Assembly: GCA_031267825.1 (NCBI GenBank)
Contig: JAIRYJ010000005.1
Coordinates: 5,765-69,764 of the forward strand
Source: Bifidobacteriaceae bacterium
Lineage (GTDB): Bacteria; Actinomycetota; Actinomycetes; Actinomycetales; WQXJ01
Length of the DNA stretch: 64,000 nt
Direction: 5' to 3'
Shown here one piece after another: positions 36,732 to 44,644 of this stretch. Position numbers and translations under genes: made by a program. Position 1 is the stretch's first letter. Each line of letters starts with the position of its first letter. The notes under the pieces were generated by a model. The model did no database searches. It saw only the letters and a list, made by a program, of their open reading frames with translations, and was not told the origin of the DNA.

Positions 36732-38507
36732 GTGACCAGTTCTTTGCCTGGCCCTGGCGACCGGCCAGTCCTGGTGGTTGATTTTGGGGCCCAATATGCT
36801 CAGTTGATCGCCCGGCGGGTGCGTGAGGCGCGGGTCTATTCGGAGATCGTGCCGCACACTTGGACGGCCCAGCGCCTGCTGGCCCTGGACCCGGGGGCGA
36901 TCATTTTGTCGGGTGGCCCGGCTTCGGTCTTTGAGCCGGGCGCTCCCCGGCTTGACCCTGAGTTGCTCGCGTCTGGTGTGCCTGTGCTGGGGATTTGTTA
37001 CGGTTTTCAGGCGATGGCTCACGCTTTGGGGGCGCCGGTTGATAGGGCCGCTTTGGGTGAGTACGGCTCAACCATGGTTCAGTTGGTTGCTCCTAATGCT
37101 GTATTGGACGATGCCGTCAGTGGACTACCGCTGTCCGCCGGGTTTACGGCCCGTCCGGCCGGGGAGGCTGAGGCGCCGCGAGCCGGTTTATTGGCTGGTA
37201 GTCCGGATCATCAGACGGTTTGGATGAGCCACGGTGTGGCGGTGACCGGCCCGCCGGATGGCTTCACGGTGTTGGCGACCAGCCCGGGCGCGCCGGTGGC
37301 GGCTTTTGAGGATCGCCAACGGCGGCTTTATGGGGTTCAGTGGCACCCGGAGGTGCGTCACACGCCATTGGGGCAGGCCACTTTGGAGAATTTTCTGTTC
37401 AATCAGGCCGGATTGCGTCCTGATTGGACGCCTGGGTCGATTGTGGCGGCGCAGGTGGCGGCTGTCCGGGCGCAAGCTGGGCCGCACCGGGTGATTTGTG
37501 GCTTGTCTGGTGGGGTTGATTCGGCGGTCGCGGCGGCTTTGGTGCAGCGGGCCATCGGCGAACGGTTGACTTGTGTTTTTGTTGATCACGGGTTGTTGCG
37601 TGAAGGTGAACGGGAACAGGTTGAACGGGATTTTGTGGCGGTCACTGGAGCTCGCCTGATAGTGCATGATGCCCGCCAGCGGTTCCTTGAGGCTTTGGCT
37701 GGGGTGAGTGAGCCGGAAGCTAAACGGAAGATCATTGGCCGGGAGTTTATTCGGGCTTTTGAGGTGGCCGCACGGCAGGCCGCCCGCGGTGTTGTCTCTA
37801 ATGATGGTGACGCCGTTCTAGCTGGTGACGCCGACCCAGAATCCGGGCCGCCTGGCGGTGAGGTCGGCCCGGCTGGTCGGCCCGGCCCGGCTGGTCGGCC
37901 CGGCCCGGCTGGGGACGTCAAGTTCTTGGTTCAGGGGACGCTCTACCCGGATGTGGTCGAAAGCGGCGGCGGCAGCGGCGCCGCCACCATCAAGTCACAC
38001 CATAACGTTGGCGGCCTGCCAGATGATCTCAGTTTTGAGCTGATTGAACCGTTACGCACCCTCTTCAAGGACGAGGTTCGGGCGGTCGGCACGGAACTTG
38101 GCCTGCCTGATGCGATGGTTTGGCGCCAGCCTTTCCCTGGGCCTGGCTTGGCCATCAGGATTGTTGGTGAGGTCACGGCGGACCGTCTTGAAACCATCAG
38201 ACGGGCGGATGGAATTGTCCGGGAGGAACTCAGCCGGGCCGGATTGGACCGTCAGATTTGGCAGTGTCCGGTGGTGTTGCTAGCTGATGTCAGGTCTGTT
38301 GGGGTGCAAGGCGATGAGCGGACCTACGGCCATCCGGTGGTGTTGCGGCCGGTCACTTCAGATGATGCCATGACGGCGGATTTCTCACGCCTGGACTATG
38401 ACCTGTTGGCGCGCATCGCCGGCCGGATCACTGGTGAGGTCCGCCAGGTCAACCGAGTCGTGTTGGATGTGACATCTAAACCGCCCGGCACAATCGAATG
38501 GGAATGA
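36732..38507 (+). CDS. guaA: GMP synthase (glutamine-hydrolysing)
   Basis: VDFGAQY, GICYG, QWHPEV, SGGVDS, QGTLYPD, IKSHHN and KPPGTIEWE; contains two low-complexity insertions. Confidence 0.97.
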   Translation: MTSSLPGPGDRPVLVVDFGAQYAQLIARRVREARVYSEIVPHTWTAQRLLALDPGAIILSGGPASVFEPGAPRLDPELLASGVPVLGICYGFQAMAHALGAPVDRAALGEYGSTMVQLVAPNAVLDDAVSGLPLSAGFTARPAGEAEAPRAGLLAGSPDHQTVWMSHGVAVTGPPDGFTVLATSPGAPVAAFEDRQRRLYGVQWHPEVRHTPLGQATLENFLFNQAGLRPDWTPGSIVAAQVAAVRAQAGPHRVICGLSGGVDSAVAAALVQRAIGERLTCVFVDHGLLREGEREQVERDFVAVTGARLIVHDARQRFLEALAGVSEPEAKRKIIGREFIRAFEVAARQAARGVVSNDGDAVLAGDADPESGPPGGEVGPAGRPGPAGRPGPAGDVKFLVQGTLYPDVVESGGGSGAATIKSHHNVGGLPDDLSFELIEPLRTLFKDEVRAVGTELGLPDAMVWRQPFPGPGLAIRIVGEVTADRLETIRRADGIVREELSRAGLDRQIWQCPVVLLADVRSVGVQGDERTYGHPVVLRPVTSDDAMTADFSRLDYDLLARIAGRITGEVRQVNRVVLDVTSKPPGTIEWE

Positions 38508-38523
38508 CCGGCCCTAGTTTCCA

Positions 38524-38571
38524 AATCGGTAACTGGTCATAGTTGGCGATTGTAGCCAACTACGACCGATT
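38524..38571. repeat. REP-like palindrome, copy 2
   Basis: AATCGGT(AACTGGT)CATAGTTGGC-N7-GCCAACTACGACCGATT, homologous to 31044-31083. Confidence 0.7.
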
Positions 38572-38655
38572 GCTGAACCCCGGACCGTGGCCCTGGACCC
38601 GGGTTGCCCGGCTAATTGTGGCCCCTCCCGCCAAATTGGCCGGGCAACCCACCAA

Positions 38656-39018
38656 TCAGGCCCGGGGCCGCCGGATGGCGGCTACCAGGGCTGAGACCAC
38701 CAGAGTCAAACCCGCTAGACCCAGTAGGACAACCAACGCCAGTTCAGCTGACAGGTGCAGGCCAGATGAGGCCACGATCCCCCAAACCCCGAGCAGCACA
38801 ATGATCAGTCCCCAAACCACGACGCCTGGACGGACGCCGCGCTTGATTGGAGCGGGCCGCGGGTCAACTAGCGGCTGGCCGCCGGCTGGAGTCGCACCTG
38901 GCTGCGATGTGCCTGGCCTTTGTGGCTGAACTGGTCCAGCGGTTGGCCCACTAACCGTAGGAGCCCCGGCCGGGCGTGCCTGGGCTGGAGTTGAACTGGT
39001 TGAAGTGGTGTGGCTCAT
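38656..39018 (-). CDS. Small two-TM membrane protein of the pspC locus
   Basis: Pro/Thr-rich N-terminus, RPGVVVWGLI and two TM helices; downstream of pspC. Confidence 0.7.
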   Translation of the reverse strand: MSHTTSTSSTPAQARPAGAPTVSGPTAGPVQPQRPGTSQPGATPAGGQPLVDPRPAPIKRGVRPGVVVWGLIIVLLGVWGIVASSGLHLSAELALVVLLGLAGLTLVVSALVAAIRRPRA

Positions 39019-39061
39019 GTCTATTCCAATCTTTGCTGTCTGTGTCCGTTAGGCGGAGTGT

Positions 39062-40948
39062 TCAACGCTCTTCCGGGGTGGATTCTTCGGCCCGGATATC
39101 GAGTTGGCCGATTCCCACCCGGATGTTGACTGTGAGGCGATACGGCTGGGTCGGCCCGGTCTCAACTCGTGAATCGAAGGTGGCGCGGGCACCGATCCCG
39201 GCGATGTCTTCCCAGGCGTTCTGGAAATACATCCCGTCGGGGTAGCGGCTATGGTCATCGCTGCCGAGGAGTTCAAGGTTGCGCCCATCCCAGTACTCAG
39301 AGGTCAGGCCGTCTGGTGAGACTTGACCAATGTCAACCCGGGCGTTGATTGTTACGGGGACGTCTTGTGGCACGACCAGGTTCGCTTGGCCTGCCCCGAC
39401 ATACATTTCGACTGTTAGGTCACCGTCCGCTAGCAGGTTGGAATCGGTCAGGTTGGCGTAAAGATTACCCGCTGTCAGGGAAATACCGTCGCTGGCTCGA
39501 GCGGCTTGACGCGGTGTGAAGGTCGAGACTCCAACATCGACGCCAGTGTCTTGGGTCAGTGCCGTGCGGTATCCGGTCACCAGGGTGACTGGCAGTGCGG
39601 CCATGGTTAATACCAGGCCGATCGCCAGCCAGGCACCAAAGCGCCGTCCCATGACCCCAAGCAGGACCATGCCGCAGCCTAAAGCGACCAGCATGACGCC
39701 AAAGCTGAACGGTCCGAGCGACAGGCCGTTGAGCAGGTCGGTGTAGCGTCCCGTGGCGATTACGCCAGCCATCAGCATCAGCATCGCTCCGGTTAGCGCC
39801 AGGGTGACCAGCCCGCCGGGGGCTCTGACTGGCCGCAGGGCGACAGGTGGGTTGTTGTACGATGCCGTCCCCCAGGTCCCGTAACCGGGTGGGCCCGCCG
39901 GAGTGCCGGGTGGCGGAGTAGACCAGGCTTGGCCGTAGGCGCCTGGCCTGGGTGGTGGGATTGGGCGTTGGGGAGTTGGTGCGGCCGGTGAACCGTTGGG
40001 CCGGGAGGCCGGTGGTAGCGGTCCGGTTGGTGGTGGGCTCGCGCTGGCCGGGCCGCTTGGCGCGGCGGCTGCCGGTGAACTCGGTGTAGCGGTCTTGCCT
40101 GGGTCGGCCGGGCTAGAAGCTGGGTCGGCTGGGCCGCTTGGCGCGGCGGGTGCCGGGCTTGAAGCTGTGTCACCGCTGGCGCTGGCTGGTGAACTGGGTG
40201 TAGCGGTCTTGCCTGGGTCGGCCGGGCCAGAAGCTGGGTCGGCTGGGCCGCTTGGCGCGGCGGCTGCCGGGCTTGAAGCTGTGTCACCGCTGGCGCTGGC
40301 CGCCGCCTTAGGCGAAGCCGAACCTGTTGGGCTGGATGATGCCGTGGGCACCGGACCTGAAGGGGCGGCATCGGGCGGGGGAGAAGTCATGGTGGGCTCC
40401 TGAAATGGCGTAGCGGATGGATTGGGCGGTGGGGCTGGTCGCTGGCCGCGGTAAGCCGTCCAGGCCAGCAGGCCAACACCGGCTACCAGCACGGTCTCCA
40501 AAATGAGGAACCCCAACGGATGGAGAATCGCCAGCCATACCTGCATCATGACCAGACCGAGGCAAGTGGCGATCACTCCACCCCAAAAACCGGCCGAGAG
40601 GCGGCCGTTGATCAACTCCTCAAAGTGGATCCGGCCATCGGTGGCATCAGGCAGCAGCAGCCAGGCCAGGCCATACAGCAGCAAACCGGCGCCAGAAATG
40701 AGTGTCAACACCACAAACAGTCCGCGCACCAGGATCGGATCCCAGCCGAGGCGCTGGGCCAAGCCACTGGCCACCCCGCCGAACCAGCGGTCACGGCCGC
40801 GGTAGATGCCAAGCTGGCGGATCCATCGGAAGAAAGCGGAACCGTTGGTCTTGCCGGGTGGACTGGTGGTGTTACTGGCGGCTGGTGCGCCGGGAGCGCC
40901 AGGTGCGTTAGGTGCGCCAGGTGCGCCGGGCGCGTTGGGTGATGTCAT
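39062..40948 (-). CDS. PspC-domain membrane protein with C-terminal LiaF-like beta domain
   Basis: RDRWFGGVASGLA...DPILVR...YGLAWLLLP; long Pro/Ala linker with a 114-bp duplication; C-terminal GAGQANLVVP...GQLDI. Confidence 0.85.
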   Translation of the reverse strand: MTSPNAPGAPGAPNAPGAPGAPAASNTTSPPGKTNGSAFFRWIRQLGIYRGRDRWFGGVASGLAQRLGWDPILVRGLFVVLTLISGAGLLLYGLAWLLLPDATDGRIHFEELINGRLSAGFWGGVIATCLGLVMMQVWLAILHPLGFLILETVLVAGVGLLAWTAYRGQRPAPPPNPSATPFQEPTMTSPPPDAAPSGPVPTASSSPTGSASPKAAASASGDTASSPAAAAPSGPADPASGPADPGKTATPSSPASASGDTASSPAPAAPSGPADPASSPADPGKTATPSSPAAAAPSGPASASPPPTGPLPPASRPNGSPAAPTPQRPIPPPRPGAYGQAWSTPPPGTPAGPPGYGTWGTASYNNPPVALRPVRAPGGLVTLALTGAMLMLMAGVIATGRYTDLLNGLSLGPFSFGVMLVALGCGMVLLGVMGRRFGAWLAIGLVLTMAALPVTLVTGYRTALTQDTGVDVGVSTFTPRQAARASDGISLTAGNLYANLTDSNLLADGDLTVEMYVGAGQANLVVPQDVPVTINARVDIGQVSPDGLTSEYWDGRNLELLGSDDHSRYPDGMYFQNAWEDIAGIGARATFDSRVETGPTQPYRLTVNIRVGIGQLDIRAEESTPEER

Positions 40949-41025
40949 GCTTCAAGCTTGAGCCGCCCGGAGCCGCCCCGCAATTGGGGAAGTCCCTGGT
41001 CTTAGGCGTCGGCCATGTGACCGGG

Positions 41026-41090
41026 CCCTGAGATGACCCTGAGTGGTCCCTGAGATGACCCTGAGGTTGACCCTGGAATCATCCCTGGTT
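41026..41090. promoter_or_regulatory. Array of six CCCTG(A/G) direct repeats between pspC and the sensor kinase
   Basis: Starts at 41026, 41037, 41048, 41059, 41071 and 41083 (spacing 11, 11, 11, 12, 12). Confidence 0.65.
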
Positions 41091-41263
41091 GATCGGTCCG
41101 TCCGGTGCCGCAAGAGCCCAAGAGAGTCTTGAATAACACCCTCCAGCCAGGCCGCACGGTCTTACGCGATCGCGTGACCAGCCAAGACGCGGCAGACAAG
41201 ACTAGGTGGCTTGCCTCGGGCGGTGGCTTTTCACGACGGACCCAGGCGTGGTGCAATTGGTAC

Positions 41264-42562
41264 ATGGCACGCCCGAACCGGACCTCCCCAATGCGGCGCC
41301 CCTTGGCTGGGCGCCTGGTGGGCGGAGTGGCGGCGGGCCTAGCTGACAACCTGGGTTACTCAGTCAAACCTGTCCGTTGGGCGTTCGTGGTTTTTGGGCT
41401 GCTTGGTCCGGGTTTGCTGTTCTACATTTGGCTCTGGCTGACGGTCCCATCAGCCGATTCAACTGAACGGCCACCAGCTTTGGCCCGGCTGGCGCCGTAT
41501 TTGACCCAGCCGTCAAGGGCACGGCCGCTCGCCCGGCTAGCGGCTGGCCTTGGCCTATTGGGGGTGGCTGGGCTGATCGCGGCCACCGGGGCTGGCCTTG
41601 ATCTGCCATTGGAATGGATCCTGCCAGGCGTGGTTCTGTTGGCGGCCGTCTGGCTGGCCTGGAGCCAGCTTGACAAGGCCGATCCAGCGGCCCCACGCGG
41701 CACCTTCTCTTGGATACGTTTAGGAGGAGCTATCGCCCTGGTGGTGTTGGCCGTCTCACTGTTGATAACGCGCGGCAGTGACACTGTTTCAGTGGTAGCC
41801 GTTCTAGCGGCCGGTTTAGCCGTCCTAGCTGGGGTGGCGCTAGTTTTAGCGCCTTGGGGTCTGCGTCTACTGGCGGCTCTGGGTGATCAACGGGCCGCCA
41901 CCGCCCGCGAAGCTGAAAGGGCTGACATCGCGGCTCACTTACATGATTCTGTGCTCCAAACACTGGCTGTGATCCGGTCACAAGCCGACGATCCGGCCGC
42001 GGTGCGGCATCTAGCCCGCGCCCAGGAGCGCGAACTGCGTGAATGGCTTTACCAGGACCGGTCCGAACCAGGTCAATCGACGGCGGCGGCCCTGCGGACC
42101 GTGGCGGGCGAGGTTGAAGACTTGACCACGGTTGAAATCGGGGTGGTTGTGGTGGGTGATCACCGACCCAATGAGGGTCTGAGTGCTTTGGTGGCGGCTA
42201 CCCGTGAGGCTCTGCTAAACGCTGCCCGTCACGGGGCGGCGCCCGTTTCGCTCTATGCTGAGTTCTCACCGCGACAAGCTGAGGTTTTTGTGCGGGACCG
42301 GGGTGAAGGATTCGATTTGACTAGCGTTCCGGCTGACCGGCTGGGTGTGCGTGAGTCGATCCTGGGCCGGGTGCGGCGCCACGGCGGCCATGCCGAGATC
42401 AGGTCAGGTGGTCCCGGGCAAGGCACCGAAGTTTGCCTGCGTCTGGCTTTGACTCCGCCTGATCCCGCCCCAACCGCTGCCCAGGAGCAGGTCAGCCCAG
42501 CCAGGAAGGCCAAGCCATCAGCCGAGGAGCGGGTCAGCCCAGCTAGGAAGGACAAGCCATGA
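41264..42562 (+). CDS. PspC-domain sensor histidine kinase
   Basis: N-terminal PspC (RLVGGVAAGLA), H-box AHLHDSVLQ, REALLNAARH, DRGEGF and GTEV. Confidence 0.92.
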   Translation: MARPNRTSPMRRPLAGRLVGGVAAGLADNLGYSVKPVRWAFVVFGLLGPGLLFYIWLWLTVPSADSTERPPALARLAPYLTQPSRARPLARLAAGLGLLGVAGLIAATGAGLDLPLEWILPGVVLLAAVWLAWSQLDKADPAAPRGTFSWIRLGGAIALVVLAVSLLITRGSDTVSVVAVLAAGLAVLAGVALVLAPWGLRLLAALGDQRAATAREAERADIAAHLHDSVLQTLAVIRSQADDPAAVRHLARAQERELREWLYQDRSEPGQSTAAALRTVAGEVEDLTTVEIGVVVVGDHRPNEGLSALVAATREALLNAARHGAAPVSLYAEFSPRQAEVFVRDRGEGFDLTSVPADRLGVRESILGRVRRHGGHAEIRSGGPGQGTEVCLRLALTPPDPAPTAAQEQVSPARKAKPSAEERVSPARKDKP

Positions 42563-43209
42563 ACCGATTGAGGGTTGTTCTAGTTGATGATCACAGCCTC
42601 TTCAGAGCCGGTGCCAAAGCTGAACTAGGCACTGACCTGGAAATCGTTGGCGAAGCCGCGACAGTCGATCAGGCCGTGCCCGTCATCTTGTCCAGTGCCC
42701 CAGATGTGGTGCTGCTTGATGTTCATCTGCCAGGTGGTCAGGGTGGCGGCGGAGCCGAAGTGGCCAGGGCGGTATTGGCGGCCAACCCGGCGATCCGTTT
42801 GCTGGCTTTATCTGTGTCTGACGCGGCGGCCGACGTGGTGGCGGTCATCCGGGCAGGCGCCAGAGGGTATGTCACCAAGTCGATCAGTCCGGCTGACCTG
42901 GCCGATGCCGTCCGGCGGGTTGCCGAAGGTGACGCCGTCTTTTCGCCCCGGTTGGCAGGTTTCGTGTTGGATGCTTTCGGTGCGGCGGCGGGCGATGTCG
43001 CCGCCGCTGACGAACTGGACCGGTTAACCGCCCGTGAGCAGGAAGTGATGCGCCTAATCGCGCGTGGCTACGCCTACCGTGAGGTCGCCACCGAGTTGTT
43101 TATTTCCATCAAGACAGTTGAAACCCATGTCAGTGCGGTGCTGCGGAAACTTCAACTATCGAACCGGTCAGAGCTGACACATTGGGCAGCCCGGCGCAAC
43201 CTGTTGTGA
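42559..43209 (+). CDS. NarL/LuxR-family response regulator
   Basis: VDDH, DVVLLD, GARGYVTK and LTAREQEV...KTVETH. Confidence 0.95.
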   Translation: MNRLRVVLVDDHSLFRAGAKAELGTDLEIVGEAATVDQAVPVILSSAPDVVLLDVHLPGGQGGGGAEVARAVLAANPAIRLLALSVSDAAADVVAVIRAGARGYVTKSISPADLADAVRRVAEGDAVFSPRLAGFVLDAFGAAAGDVAAADELDRLTAREQEVMRLIARGYAYREVATELFISIKTVETHVSAVLRKLQLSNRSELTHWAARRNLL

Positions 43210-44429
43210 GCCGCCAGCCGGGCCGGTCCATGCCGCGTAACGTCTGGATTTTGTCGCTCATCGCCTTAGGTGTCGCCATCGGCTTTGGTGTGGTCAACCC
43301 GGTGTTACCTGTTTTTGCTTCTTCTTTCGCGGTTGACGAGTTCGCGGCCGGTGCTGTGGTGGCCGCGTTCGCGTTGATGAGGCTCCTATTCGCCCCGGCT
43401 GTTGGTTTCTTGACGGACCGTTTGGGGCATCGCCTGGTGTTGCTTAGCGGCATTCTGATAGTGGCGCTGTCATCTGTTGGGGTTGGCTTGGCGCAGTCCT
43501 ATCCGGCCATGCTGTTGGCGCGCGGGGCTGGCGGAGCCGGATCAGCCATGTTTTCGGTTTCGGCTATGACCGTGCTGCTGGCCTCAGTTGAGGCTGACCG
43601 CCGGGGCCGGGCATCAGCCCTCTACCAAGGCAGTTTCCTAGTTGGGGCGGTCGCCGGACCGGCCGTTGGCGGACTGTTCGCCGCCATCTCATTGCGGGCG
43701 CCATTCTTCTTTTACGCTGGCACACTGGTGATCGCCGCCCTGGTGGCACTCAACTTGGAGGCTGTGCCTGGCCTGATCGCTGGGCCGGGCGGCCGGGCGG
43801 TGAGCCGAAAACTTGGGACGGCATCGTCCATCAAACCCCGGCCGTTAGGGGAAGTCTTGCGGGACCGGCGCTACCAAGCCGCCCTGCTGGCCGCTTTAGC
43901 CCAAGGCTGGAACACGGCTGGGGCGCGCGGTGCGCTGGTGCCTTTGTTCGTGGCGGCGGTCTTGGCGTCCAGCCCATCTCAGGCCGCGTTGTGGACCGGC
44001 TTGGCGATGTCCTTAGCGGCGGGCCTGCAAATGGCCGCGATTTGGCCTTCTGGCTGGATTGTTGACCGCTACGGGCGGCGCGGCCCAATGGTTGGTGGTG
44101 CGCTGGTAGCGGGGATCGCGATGGTGTTCTTGCCGCATTCGCCGTCAATCGTCTGGCTGACAGCCTTGCTGATGGTCTACGCCCTGGGTGCGGCGCTGAT
44201 CGGCACGGCGCCCGCCGCGGCGGTCGGAGATGCGGCCGGGCCTGGTGCGACCCGCGCGATCGCCGTTTTTTCTATGGCCGGTGATACCGGGGCGGTATTA
44301 GGTCCGCTGGTGGCGGGCTATTTGGCGGCGCAGACGTCATATACGGCGGCTTTTTCAGCTGGTGCGGGGTTGTGGTTGGCCTCGGCGGTGACGTCGTGGT
44401 TGATGCGTCCGCCGGAGGCCCGCGCCTAA
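43206..44429 (+). CDS. MFS transporter
   Basis: About 12 TM helices; motif A GFLTDRLGHR and GWIVDRYGRR. GTG 43206 overlaps the regulator stop; alternative ATG at 43230. Confidence 0.9.
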   Translation: MSRQPGRSMPRNVWILSLIALGVAIGFGVVNPVLPVFASSFAVDEFAAGAVVAAFALMRLLFAPAVGFLTDRLGHRLVLLSGILIVALSSVGVGLAQSYPAMLLARGAGGAGSAMFSVSAMTVLLASVEADRRGRASALYQGSFLVGAVAGPAVGGLFAAISLRAPFFFYAGTLVIAALVALNLEAVPGLIAGPGGRAVSRKLGTASSIKPRPLGEVLRDRRYQAALLAALAQGWNTAGARGALVPLFVAAVLASSPSQAALWTGLAMSLAAGLQMAAIWPSGWIVDRYGRRGPMVGGALVAGIAMVFLPHSPSIVWLTALLMVYALGAALIGTAPAAAVGDAAGPGATRAIAVFSMAGDTGAVLGPLVAGYLAAQTSYTAAFSAGAGLWLASAVTSWLMRPPEARA

Positions 44430-44478
44430 TCTGGCCGAACCCAGTTCAACAGCGGCAGACTACTTCCGGCGCGAAGTC

Positions 44479-44529
44479 AGAAAGTGGTCACAGTCGCTGT
44501 TTTAACCCCACTGTGTCCACTTCCCGACC
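44479..44529. repeat. REP-like palindrome, copy 3
   Basis: 41/51 identical to 60126-60176; stem AAGTGGTCACAGT / ACTGTGTCCACTT. Confidence 0.75.
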
Positions 44530-44644
44530 ACCCGACCCGAACCGGCTCGGGGTGTTTCGCCCAGCACCGCGGTGGATCTGGAACCCCGGCTGACCGGTGG
44601 CGTTCGGCTTGAGTGCGAGACCCTAGTCGTAGGCTATTGGCGTT

